NCBI GenBank assembly: GCA_965203905.1
Contig: CBDBDQ010000005.1
Coordinates: 4,832,001 to 4,896,000, forward strand
Direction: 5' to 3'
Source of the DNA: Spirochaetia bacterium
GTDB taxonomy: Bacteria > Spirochaetota > Spirochaetia > SZUA-6 > Bin103
Length of the DNA: 64,000 nt
A model generated the notes under the pieces. The model saw nothing but the letters and a program-made list of their open reading frames with translations. It made no database searches and was not told the origin of the DNA. Position numbers and translations under genes: made by a program. This document shows, piece by piece, positions 18,246 to 27,306 of this stretch (positions are counted from its first letter, which is position 1; each line of letters begins with the position of its first letter).

Positions 18246-19160
18246 ATGAGTGATAAACCATCAGCAGGAAGTGAGCCAAAGAAACGTGCCCGGCTGGCTG
18301 ACTTATTGATGAGGCTGATCAAGGAGAAGCCACTCGGTACGTTCTGCGGGATTGTCGTAGTGATACTGCTTTTCGTGGCCATCTTCGCCGATGCACTGGC
18401 GCCTTATTCCTATAAGGAAATGCACCTGATCGACAGGCTTAAGGGCCCGTCATCCCAGTATCTTCTGGGTACCGACCAGGTGGGACGGGACTTGCTCAGC
18501 CGCCTGATGATCGGGGCTCGTATCTCCGTATTTGTCGGCCTGGCCGCGACTGCGCTGAATGTCGTCGTCGCTGTCCTGGTCGGCGGCACTTCCGGATTCC
18601 TTGGGGGTAGATTGGATCTGGCGGTGCAGCGCTTTGTCGATGCCTGGATGGCGTTTCCGGGATTGCTGCTGTTGCTCACCATCATGTCCATTGTGGGAAG
18701 GGGTACCCTCCAGATCATCGTGGTCCTGGGGATCGCCGGAGGCATCAGCGGCTCGAGAGTCATGAGAAGCGCCGTGATCGGTATCAAGGAGAATGACTTT
18801 TTTGTGGCGGCTCAGGCCGTGGGCACCCCGACGAGCAAAATCCTGAGCCACCATGTCCTGCCCAATATCATGGCCCCGGTCATCATTGTCTTCTCGATCA
18901 ACATCGGAGGGGTGATCATGTCCTTGGCCGCTCTGGGCTTCCTCGGCTACGGTCTGCCACCCACCATTCCTGACTGGGGCGGCATGCTCAGCCGGGAAGG
19001 GCGCAGGTACATGGAGCAGGCCCCGTGGCTGGCGCTCTGGCCAGGGCTGTGCCTGACGATTGTGGTGTACAGTTTCAACATGTTGGGGGACGCCCTCAGG
19101 GACCTGCTCGATCCGCGGCTGCGGGGTGGCGCCGCGGGCAGCGGCGCCACGTCGGTTTGA
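18246..19160 (+). CDS. Peptide/nickel ABC permease (DppC-like)
   Basis: Close paralog of 11351-12418. Confidence 0.95.
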   Translation: MSDKPSAGSEPKKRARLADLLMRLIKEKPLGTFCGIVVVILLFVAIFADALAPYSYKEMHLIDRLKGPSSQYLLGTDQVGRDLLSRLMIGARISVFVGLAATALNVVVAVLVGGTSGFLGGRLDLAVQRFVDAWMAFPGLLLLLTIMSIVGRGTLQIIVVLGIAGGISGSRVMRSAVIGIKENDFFVAAQAVGTPTSKILSHHVLPNIMAPVIIVFSINIGGVIMSLAALGFLGYGLPPTIPDWGGMLSREGRRYMEQAPWLALWPGLCLTIVVYSFNMLGDALRDLLDPRLRGGAAGSGATSV

Positions 19161-19420
19161 GAGAGTGCGCGTGGGCTCCGCTCCCGGGCCTAACGCCGGG
19201 CGCACGGTGACCTCCACCCGCGGCTCCCTCCCTGGCCCCACGGGTGGCCATGCAGCTCCCGGCCCGCGACAGGACATCGTGGGCTGGGAGCCCGGCGGCT
19301 ATTCCGGAGGCGCGCCGGGAACGCGGCCGACCAGGTCGACGAGCGCCGGGGATGGGTATGGGCGTGACTTGGCCGGTCAGCTCGAAGCGGCACGGAACGA
19401 TCGACCCATCACGCCAATCG

Positions 19421-19555
19421 TTACGGGGACAGGGCGAGTCTGAGGCCGGCGTCGAGGGCGGTCAACCGCCGGGCACTGAGGGCGCCAAGCCGCTCGTTGA
19501 GTTCGGAACCACGGGGCTCGGCCAGCGATGCCCACCAGATCTCACCCCTCCGCAC
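19421..19555 (-). pseudogene. mazF: MazF/PemK toxin with large in-frame internal deletion
   Basis: MRRGEIWWASLAEPRGSE joined directly to LNERLGALSARRLTALDAGLRLAL; the RRPVVVVQ core is absent (compare 62510-62857). Confidence 0.82.
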
Positions 19556-19781
19556 CGGACCCTTCCCGGATTGACCGGTATTGAAGTTCTGCCAGCGCCG
19601 GGTCCAACGTGGAGTCTTCGTTGGCAAGGACGGCGTTGATCTGCTCTGTTATCTGATCCTCCCGTTCCAGGTACTCCTGAACGGCTCGGGTATAGAGCTC
19701 GCTGCGGGAAATCGCGTGCCGTGCGGCGAACCGGTCAGCCCGCTCGAATAACGGATCCGGTATCGAGATCGCGGTCTTCAT
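19542..19781 (-). CDS. RHH/CopG-type antitoxin
   Basis: MKTAISIPDPLFERADRFAARHAISRSELYTRAV; overlaps the mazF remnant. Confidence 0.85.
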   Translation of the reverse strand: MKTAISIPDPLFERADRFAARHAISRSELYTRAVQEYLEREDQITEQINAVLANEDSTLDPALAELQYRSIREGSGAEG

Positions 19782-19846
19782 AAGGCTGAGTATAGCCTTC
19801 CGCGCCACTCGACGTGAATGTCGTGCGTGTGTAAAAGCGCTAACCA

Positions 19847-20293
19847 CCGACAAGTACACGGTCGTGTTCAAGCTCACCGAGCCGCGCCTCGGCATGGTCC
19901 GTGAACCATGCGCACCGGCCAGATCGACATGATTCATCGTTTTGGCGGCGGCACCACGATCGGTAAAGTCGAGGTGGTCAAGGCGTTGCTGGGCACCAAT
20001 CCCGACATCCAGGTGGGCACCTGCTTCCAGCGTGCGCTGCAAGTGTCCGGTTTGAACATCCGTAAGCCGCCGTTCGATGACATCCGCTGCGCCAATTGCT
20101 CGACGAGGCCGGCTACCCGCGCGGCGCGGACGGGGTGCGCTTCAAGGTCACCTACGACTTCCGCCGTCGAGACCGCAGCCGGCTACTGGAAGGAGATCGG
20201 CGTGGAGGTGGAGATCACCCTCCACGATACCGGCAGCTGGGTCCCTCGCCGCGTCGACGGGCTCTACGACATGACTACCGGCGATCAAGCCTG
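19847..20293 (+). pseudogene. Deletion-collapsed, near-identical relic of binding-protein gene 1
   Basis: Four blocks matching ~9052-9108, 9361-9550, 9726-9797 and 9824-9952, joined in order. Confidence 0.92.
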
Positions 20294-20305
20294 ATAATGT
20301 GATCC

Positions 20306-20599
20306 GTGATACGGTCGTTTCGTGATCGCGGTACTGCGGGTGTCTTCGACGGATCTGACGACTCAGCGGCGCGAAGGTCCTGTCCGAGAGTCCTTTGGCC
20401 GGTGGCGCGACGCAAGCTGGACCAGATAAGTCGAGTCAGCGACATCCGAGAGTTGGCCGTCCCGCCTGGGAACCGGTTGGAATGACTGCGCGGGGCTCGC
20501 TCCGGTCAGTACAGCATCAGGATCAATGATCGGTACCGTATCTGTTTCCGTCGGGAGGCGGGCTATGCCGACGAGGTTGAAATCGCAGACTACCACTGA
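20306..20599 (+). pseudogene. higB: HigB (RelE-family) toxin with nonsense mutation
   Basis: MIRSFRDRGT..ARRKLDQI..VPPGNRLE*LRG..GQYSIRINDRYRICF..VEIADYH; TGA at 20483-20485. Confidence 0.88.
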
Positions 20600-20933
20600 G
20601 CCGCGCCCGGCCGGGCGAGCCACTACTGACGAGAGTCCACTGGTGGCGAAGCGGCTGCCGAGCGACAGGCCCCCGACCCATCCCGGCGAAATGCTTCTCG
20701 TGAGTCAGTCGGCGCTTGCCATCCGACTGGGTGTTTCGTTTCCCCGCCTGAACGAGGTCATTCGTGGCCGGCGCAGCGTGACACCGGACACGGCGTTAAG
20801 ATTGGCACGCGTTGTAGGCATGTCCGCGGACTTCTGGCTCGGGCTACAGCAGGATTGGGATCTCTGGCATGCCATGAGGAGTGACAAGGCGGCTGCAATT
20901 GCTGATCTGGAGCCGCTACGGCCACCACCGTAG
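20565..20933 (+). CDS. higA: HigA antitoxin (probable short in-frame deletion after HPGEMLL)
   Basis: PTHPGEMLL, RLNEVIRGRRSVTPDTALRLAR, FWLGLQQDWDL. Confidence 0.88.
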   Translation: MPTRLKSQTTTEPRPAGRATTDESPLVAKRLPSDRPPTHPGEMLLVSQSALAIRLGVSFPRLNEVIRGRRSVTPDTALRLARVVGMSADFWLGLQQDWDLWHAMRSDKAAAIADLEPLRPPP

Positions 20934-20949
20934 GCCGAACGCCGGGACC

Positions 20950-21223
20950 TCCTCGCTCCGCCGGCACCGCGCGTACAGAAAGCGGCGGTGGCAAACCCCG
21001 GCGTCGAGTCGGTGTGACGGCGTGCCGTTCAGAACCGGACCGTGACCATGTGCCATCGCGGTGTGGTGACTGCCGGCCGCTATCCGGCAGCGGCCGCGGA
21101 CCTGCGCATCATGACCGCTGGCGGCAATGCGATCTACGCGGTGGCCGCGCTGGGCATATGCCGACGCCGCGGGGCGCTGCCGAGTTTGCCCATCGGCCGC
21201 GAGGTGCCGCCGCTGATCCATTC
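20950..21223 (+). pseudogene. Diverged relic of the membrane-gene 3' end and ggt 5' end
   Basis: Aligns to ~22547-22921; HRGVVTAGRYPAAAADLRIMTAGGNAI vs RRGVVTAGHYLAASAGLRIMSAGGNAI. Confidence 0.85.
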
Positions 21224-21231
21224 ACTGCTCG

Positions 21232-21618
21232 TCACTCCGGGCGGATCCGCTGCTCAATCCAGATGCGGATTTCTTCGCGGCCGATTTGCGACGCCGCCGC
21301 GACGAGAGTCAACTGCTCCAGGGCATCGGTGTCGGCCTCGAGGCGATGGCCATTGGCGAGCAGGAACAGCTCGGTCGCCGCAATTGCGACTCTCTTGTTG
21401 CCATCCACGAACGCGTGGTTGCTGACCAACGAGTGCATCAAGGCTGCCGCCTTTTCCGCCACAGACACGTAGAGATCCTGACCGGCAAAGGACGCGGCGG
21501 GCCGAGCCAGTGCCGATTGCAGCAGCCCCCGATCCCGCAGACCGCCGGCGCCGCCGGTGGCGGCGAGCAGCGACCGATGGAGGTGGAGGATCTGCTGCTC
21601 ACCGAGATACTCGATCAT
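21232..21618 (-). CDS. doc: Doc/Fic-family toxin
   Basis: GLRDRGLLQSALARP, NHAFVDGNKR. Confidence 0.92.
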   Translation of the reverse strand: MIEYLGEQQILHLHRSLLAATGGAGGLRDRGLLQSALARPAASFAGQDLYVSVAEKAAALMHSLVSNHAFVDGNKRVAIAATELFLLANGHRLEADTDALEQLTLVAAASQIGREEIRIWIEQRIRPE

Positions 21619-21882
21619 TCATTCTCGATCGTCGCTGCCGCCGGCGAGGCGTTCGTACAGCTCTCGGCGCTCCTCGACGAGACGGTCCACCATTTTCCGG
21701 TATCGCGGTGACACCTTGCCATCCTCGAACAACTTGACTCCGGTGCGCACCACGAAACTCCCGTCACGCGGATCGACCGTCGCGTCGACCTCCATGCCGG
21801 GGCGCAAGGCGAACTCCTTGACCAGATCGTGTGGCAGGGTGACGGCAAGGCTGTTGCCGACGCGTACGAGCTTGCGCTTCAT
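21619..21882 (-). CDS. AbrB/MazE-type antitoxin
   Basis: RKLVRVGNSLAVTLPHDLV; directly upstream of doc. Confidence 0.88.
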   Translation of the reverse strand: MKRKLVRVGNSLAVTLPHDLVKEFALRPGMEVDATVDPRDGSFVVRTGVKLFEDGKVSPRYRKMVDRLVEERRELYERLAGGSDDRE

Positions 21883-22045
21883 ACGTACAAAATACTAACG
21901 ACAGGGGCCGACCTCAAGCCCGAGCACGACACGCTGGATTGACGCCCCCTCCCGCTTCCATCTACCGTCCGCAATCGTGAATATTGGCCCGCCCCGATCG
22001 CGTCGGCTGGTTGACCGCGGTCGTTGGTGCCTATAGCGTGCTTCC

Positions 22046-22705
22046 ATGGAACGCGGGGCGGACGTCAGCTTCATCCATATTCGCCGCCTGACGCTGGCGA
22101 TCGTGGTCGGCCTCGCCATGGCGGTCATGCTCTACGCCGATCCGTTTCCGTTCTGGCACTATCCGTTCAGCTTCCTGGGACGTACCGTCAGCGAGAGCGG
22201 CGCCGCCAACCTGCCCGGTCTGATCGCCTACACCGCCACCATGCTTGTCAGCGGGGCGGTCATGCTGGGCTGCCGCCGCATGTACCGGTCGGCGACGGGG
22301 GTGCCGTATCGGCGTGCCGGTGAGCTGCTCTCCCTCGCCGCCGCCGTCGGCTTTTTCGCCAGCGTGGCGCCGTCCGACCTGCTGCCCTCGTTGCATAACC
22401 TGGGGTCGGGGATGGTGTTCGGTGCCCTCTGGTTCCTCGGTGGGTTGCTGCTGAGCCGTGCCGGACAGCTCCACGGGCTCGCGGTGATGGTGGCGGGCCA
22501 TCTGCTGCTGCAGGGTACGGTGCTGCCCTATGCGGCGTGGTACTTTCTCGCTCCGCCCGCTCCCGGCGTGCAGAAAGCGGCCGTGGCCGCCCTCATCCTG
22601 GTGCTGCTGGTCGGCAGCTACCTGACGCGCGACGTCCCCGCGGCCGAGGCGGCCATGCCCGCGGACGCCGCGGCGGTAGCCGACGCCAGCGTCGAATCGG
22701 TGTAG
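22046..22705 (+). CDS. Multi-pass membrane protein (DUF998-like)
   Basis: Six to seven hydrophobic segments, FSFLG and LH motifs; promoter TTGACC-17-TAGCGT-6-ATG. Confidence 0.7.
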   Translation: MERGADVSFIHIRRLTLAIVVGLAMAVMLYADPFPFWHYPFSFLGRTVSESGAANLPGLIAYTATMLVSGAVMLGCRRMYRSATGVPYRRAGELLSLAAAVGFFASVAPSDLLPSLHNLGSGMVFGALWFLGGLLLSRAGQLHGLAVMVAGHLLLQGTVLPYAAWYFLAPPAPGVQKAAVAALILVLLVGSYLTRDVPAAEAAMPADAAAVADASVESV

Positions 22706-22718
22706 GGTCGGGGCTACG

Positions 22719-24539
22719 ATGGGATTCAGAACGCGTCCGATTATCATGGGCCGCCGCGGCGTGGTGACCGCCGGCCACTACCTGGCGGCGTCCGCCGGCC
22801 TGCGCATCATGAGCGCCGGCGGCAACGCCATCGACGCGGCGGCGGCGATGGGCATCTGCCTGACGCTGCTGGAGCCGCAGAGCTGCGGCATCGGCGGCGA
22901 GGTGCCGACGCTCATCTACTCGGCGCGGGAGCGCAAGACCTTCGCCATTTCCGGTATGGGCTGGTCGCCGAAGGCGTTCACCGTCGACTGGTGCCGCGAC
23001 CACGGCATCGACCTGATTCCCGGCGACGGCTACCTGCCGGCGTGCGTCCCCGCGGTGGTCGACACCTGGGCCGTGGCGCTGGCGCGGTTCGGGACCATGA
23101 GCTGCGCCGAGATCCTGCAGCCCGCCATCGAGCTCGCCGAGCACGGCTTTCCCGTCTATGAGGGCCTCCGGCGCAGCCTGCACGCGAGTCGCACGAAGTA
23201 TGTCGAGCAGTACCCCACCACGGGTGCGATCTACGTGCCGGGCGGCACCGCGCCGCACGTGGGCGAAGCCCTGCACAACCCCGACTTCGGCGCCATGTTG
23301 CGCATCATGTGCCGGGCCGAGGCGGCCGCCGCGGGCCGCGGCCGCGTGGCGGGGATCGAGGCCGCCCGTGACGCCTTCTACCGCGGCGAAATCGCGGAAC
23401 GGATCGACCGCTTCATCGCCGATCATCCGGTGGCGGACGCCAGCGGCGCGCAGCACGCCGGGCTGCTGAGCTACGAGGACCTGGCCGAGTGGCGCGCCCG
23501 GGTGGAGGATCCGGTCACGCTGAACTACCGCGGGCTCGACGTCTTCAAGTGCTCATCCTGGACCCAGGGCCCGGTCTTTCTGCAGCAACTTGCCATTCTG
23601 TCGAACCTCGACCTCAAGGCCATGGGCCACAACTCCGCCGACTACCTGCACACCTGGATCGAGACCGCCAAGCTGGCGTTCGCGGACCGCGAGGCCTACT
23701 ACGGCGACCCCGACTTCGACGCGGTCCCGTTCGACGTGCTGCTCTCTGCCTCCTACGGTTTAACCCGCGCCGGACAGATCGGGCCGGCCGCCTCCCGGGA
23801 GTTGCGTCCCGGCGACCTGGGCAGCGGTGTTCCCGAGTACGCCACGCGCGGCGTGCACGACGACAACCGCCGCGCGCTGGGGACGGCGGGTCGCGCCGGG
23901 GACGCAGAGCACGATCCTGGCCGCCCGACCTCGCCGGCGGACGCACCGCACCTGGGGGACACCACCCACCTCGACGCGGTCGACGCCGAGGGCAACATGG
24001 TGGCAGCTACCCCAAGCGGCGGCTGGATCGGGTCGTCGCCGGTGATCGCCGGGCTGGGCTTCCCGCTCGGCACCCGCGGCCAGATGTTCTACCTCAACCC
24101 GCGGCGACCGAACGCCCTGCAGCCGCGCAAGCGGCCGCGCGCCACGCTCACCCCCACCATCGTCACCAGGGACGGCGACCCGTTCATGGCGTTCGGTACC
24201 CCCGGCGGCGACGGCCAGGACCAGTGGACGCTGCAGTTCTTCCTGAACTACGTGGAGTTCGGCATGGACCTGCAGCAGGCGCTCGACGCGCCGAGCGTCC
24301 ACACGACGCACTTTCCCTCGTCCTTCTATCCGCGCGAGGCACATCCGGGCCGCGTGCAAGCCGAGTCGCGCCTCCCCGCGGAGACGCTCGAGGCACTGCG
24401 CAGGCGCGGCCACGACATCGGGCTCGCCGATGGCTGGAGCAACGGCAAGGCGTTGGCAATCCACTGCCACGCCGACCGCGGCCTGATCGCCGGGGCAGCC
24501 ACGGCACGGAACAACATCGCCTACGCCATGGGCTGGTAA
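22719..24539 (+). CDS. ggt: Gamma-glutamyltransferase-family (Ntn hydrolase) protein
   Basis: GGNAIDAAAA, GIGGE, AFADR, DTTHLDAVDAEGN nucleophile, FGTPGGDGQ. Confidence 0.93.
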   Translation: MGFRTRPIIMGRRGVVTAGHYLAASAGLRIMSAGGNAIDAAAAMGICLTLLEPQSCGIGGEVPTLIYSARERKTFAISGMGWSPKAFTVDWCRDHGIDLIPGDGYLPACVPAVVDTWAVALARFGTMSCAEILQPAIELAEHGFPVYEGLRRSLHASRTKYVEQYPTTGAIYVPGGTAPHVGEALHNPDFGAMLRIMCRAEAAAAGRGRVAGIEAARDAFYRGEIAERIDRFIADHPVADASGAQHAGLLSYEDLAEWRARVEDPVTLNYRGLDVFKCSSWTQGPVFLQQLAILSNLDLKAMGHNSADYLHTWIETAKLAFADREAYYGDPDFDAVPFDVLLSASYGLTRAGQIGPAASRELRPGDLGSGVPEYATRGVHDDNRRALGTAGRAGDAEHDPGRPTSPADAPHLGDTTHLDAVDAEGNMVAATPSGGWIGSSPVIAGLGFPLGTRGQMFYLNPRRPNALQPRKRPRATLTPTIVTRDGDPFMAFGTPGGDGQDQWTLQFFLNYVEFGMDLQQALDAPSVHTTHFPSSFYPREAHPGRVQAESRLPAETLEALRRRGHDIGLADGWSNGKALAIHCHADRGLIAGAATARNNIAYAMGW

Positions 24540-24549
24540 CCGGGTTGCC

Positions 24550-27303
24550 GTGAGCAGATTCACCGGGGATGCGCGGCTGTGGGAGATTCTCGATTCCCCC
24601 AAGGCGCGTCTGATCATCGAACGGCACGCCCCGGGGCTGCTCGGGCATGCCGACATCGCGGCCCTGTCCGAGGTCCCGTTGCGGACGCTGGTGGACAACC
24701 CGAGGCTCGGGGTTACGCCGGATCGATATGCCGCCATCGTCGAGGATCTGCGGCGGCCGCTGTCCCACGTGATCCCGGAGCTGCGCTCGCGGCGCTCCCT
24801 GGACGAGGTGGACCGCGCCGGCTTCGCTGCCGGGCCGTCGCCCCTCGACACGCCCGCCCGGCACGTCGCACTCGCGCCCGGCGCCATCGCACACCCCGAG
24901 GCCCCCCTGACCAGGCGCCTCGACGGACACTGGGAGATGGCCGCCGACGGCGAAGAGCGCTCGCGCCTGGCCGGCGCCTGGGACGACGCCATCCCCGCCG
25001 TGGTTCCGGGCAGCGTGCACGCGGCGCTGGTGGCGGCGGGCCGCCTGCCCGACCCAGCGTTCGGAACGAATCAGAAACTGGCCAGGGAGCAGAGCACCAG
25101 GACCTGGTGGTTGCGTACGGAGTTCGCCTGGGACCGCTCAGCCGGTGCCGCCAAGCTGGTCTTCGAGGGCGTGTGCAACCGCTGTACGGTGTGGCTCAAC
25201 GGCCATCGGCTCGGCGAGCACCAAGGCATGTTCGGTGGCCCATCTTTCGAGCTCGGCGCGCTGCTGGAGTCCCGCAACACGCTGGTCGTGAAGCTGGAAC
25301 CGATCCCGGCCGACCGCGAGAGCTGGACGCGGACGGTCGTCTTCAACAACGTGTACGGATGGCACTACTCGAACCTTCCCGCGCTGGGCATCTGGCGTCC
25401 GGTCCGCATCGAAGGAGTGCCGACGGTGTCGATCGCCGATCCGTTCGTGTCGACCGCCGACGCCGCGACGGGTACGGTCGACCTGGTAGTCGATTTCGAC
25501 AGCACGGCCGCGCCGTGGTCCGGAACGCTGCGCGTCACGGTGGCGCCGGAGAATTTCCAGGGAGCGGGATACTCGTTCGAGCGGCGGGTGGAGGCGGATC
25601 GACCACGGTCCCGGCGGCACTATCGGTTCACGCTGCCGGATGCCCGGCTCTGGTGGCCGGTGGATCTTGGGGAGCCCAACCTCTACCGGATGGTGGCGTC
25701 GTTGGTACCGGAGGCGGAGTCCGGCCGTCAGGGAATCGCCGATCGCCGGGGGACCGTGTTCGGCGTGCGCACGGTGGAGCAGGCGCCGCTGCCGGAGGGG
25801 CCGGCCCCCGACCTCTACGACTGGACCTTCGTCATCAACGGTCAGCCGCGATTCATCAAGGGCGCCAACTGGTGCACGTTGGATCCGCTGATGGACTTCG
25901 CGCGCGAGCGCTACGCGCGCTTCATCGACCTGGCCGTTCGGCAGCACGTGCAGATGTTCCGCCCCTGGGGCTCCGGAATGCCGGAGACGGACGACTTCTA
26001 CGACCTGTGCGACCGCAACGGCATCCTCGTGATGCAGGAATGGCCGACCGCGTGGAACAGCCACCAGACCCAGCCCTACGAAGTCCTGGAGGAGACCGTC
26101 CGGCTCAACACGCTGCGCATCAGGAACCATCCTTCGCTGGCCATGTACGGCGCCGGCAACGAGTCCTCGCAACCGTTCGGCGCCGCGATCGACATGATGG
26201 GGCGCCTGGCGGCGGAGCTGGACGGTACCCGGGCCTTCCATCGCGCCGAACCGTGGGGCGGCAGCCTGCATTACCACCTCTTCTGGAGCCGCGATCACCT
26301 GGACCGCAACCTCGGGCTCACGGCGCCGTTCCTCGGTGAGTTCGGCCTGGCGTGCAGCCCGCCGTACGAGAGCGTGCGGCGTTACCTGCCGGAGGAGGAG
26401 CGCTCGCGGTGGCCGCCGCGCGCGGACGGGGCGTTCGCCTATCACACGCCGGTCTTCAACACGCGCGACTGCATCTCGCGGCTCACCCAGTACGCGAGCT
26501 ACTTCGTGCCGGCGGACGGTACGCTCGGGGAGTACACGGTGGGTTCCCAGCTCGCGCAGGCGGTGGCGTTGCGCCATACGCTGGAACGGGCGCGGACCCG
26601 CTGGCCGGATTGCACCGGCGCACTCTACTACAAGATGAACGACAACTATCCGGCCGCCTCGTGGGCCACGGCCGACTGGTACGGGGCGCCCAAGATCGGC
26701 CACTACGCGGTCCAGGACGCTTTCGCCCCGCTGCACGCCTGCTTGCTGTTCCGCACCCTCAATTTCGTCGGCACGCCGATGCAGTTTCCGGTTTATCTGC
26801 TCGACGACGCCGATGCGTTGGCCGGCCGCGAGTGGACGGTGGTGGTGCGGGCGTTCGGCGGCGACCTGGCCGAGGTCGCGCGCGCGGAGTTCGCCGGGCG
26901 CGATGCGGTCGCGGCGCCGGCACGGCTCGGCGAATTCGAGCTGGAGTACGGCCAGACCGACTCGGTACCGCTCCTGCTGGTGAGCGAAGTGCGCCTCGGC
27001 GACGTGGTGGCGGACCGCACCTTTTACGTGGCCAACTATGAGCACGAACGCGGCTGCCTGTTCACGCTCCCGCGGACGACCGTGTCACCCGAGCTCGGCG
27101 CGGGCAGTGTTACCGTGGAGAACACGGGCTCGGTCGCGGCCATCGGTCTGACGCTCGAGCGTCCCGGTCACCTCGATTCGCTCACCGCCGGCGACGGCTG
27201 CTTCTGGCTCGATCCGGCGGAGAAACGCACGCTCGACGTCAACGTCACCGAAGGCTTGGCGCTGACCGGCTGGAACCTCGCCGACCGCGCGCCCGGAGGG
27301 TGA
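24550..27303 (+). CDS. GH2 beta-mannosidase-like glycoside hydrolase with extra N-terminal helical domain
   Basis: VPGSVH, GIWRPV, LWWP..GEPNLY, FIKGANW, FYDLCDRNGILVMQE, RNHPSL..GNE, GEFG. Confidence 0.9.
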   Translation: MSRFTGDARLWEILDSPKARLIIERHAPGLLGHADIAALSEVPLRTLVDNPRLGVTPDRYAAIVEDLRRPLSHVIPELRSRRSLDEVDRAGFAAGPSPLDTPARHVALAPGAIAHPEAPLTRRLDGHWEMAADGEERSRLAGAWDDAIPAVVPGSVHAALVAAGRLPDPAFGTNQKLAREQSTRTWWLRTEFAWDRSAGAAKLVFEGVCNRCTVWLNGHRLGEHQGMFGGPSFELGALLESRNTLVVKLEPIPADRESWTRTVVFNNVYGWHYSNLPALGIWRPVRIEGVPTVSIADPFVSTADAATGTVDLVVDFDSTAAPWSGTLRVTVAPENFQGAGYSFERRVEADRPRSRRHYRFTLPDARLWWPVDLGEPNLYRMVASLVPEAESGRQGIADRRGTVFGVRTVEQAPLPEGPAPDLYDWTFVINGQPRFIKGANWCTLDPLMDFARERYARFIDLAVRQHVQMFRPWGSGMPETDDFYDLCDRNGILVMQEWPTAWNSHQTQPYEVLEETVRLNTLRIRNHPSLAMYGAGNESSQPFGAAIDMMGRLAAELDGTRAFHRAEPWGGSLHYHLFWSRDHLDRNLGLTAPFLGEFGLACSPPYESVRRYLPEEERSRWPPRADGAFAYHTPVFNTRDCISRLTQYASYFVPADGTLGEYTVGSQLAQAVALRHTLERARTRWPDCTGALYYKMNDNYPAASWATADWYGAPKIGHYAVQDAFAPLHACLLFRTLNFVGTPMQFPVYLLDDADALAGREWTVVVRAFGGDLAEVARAEFAGRDAVAAPARLGEFELEYGQTDSVPLLLVSEVRLGDVVADRTFYVANYEHERGCLFTLPRTTVSPELGAGSVTVENTGSVAAIGLTLERPGHLDSLTAGDGCFWLDPAEKRTLDVNVTEGLALTGWNLADRAPGG

Positions 27304-27306
27304 CCG

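Noticed and set aside
9052-20293. Diversity-generating retroelement (RT plus near-identical repeat pair)
   Set aside because: Mismatches between 19847-20293 and gene 1 involve all four bases, not only adenines. The RT is a group II intron RT inside ribozyme sequence, and there is no Avd-like gene.
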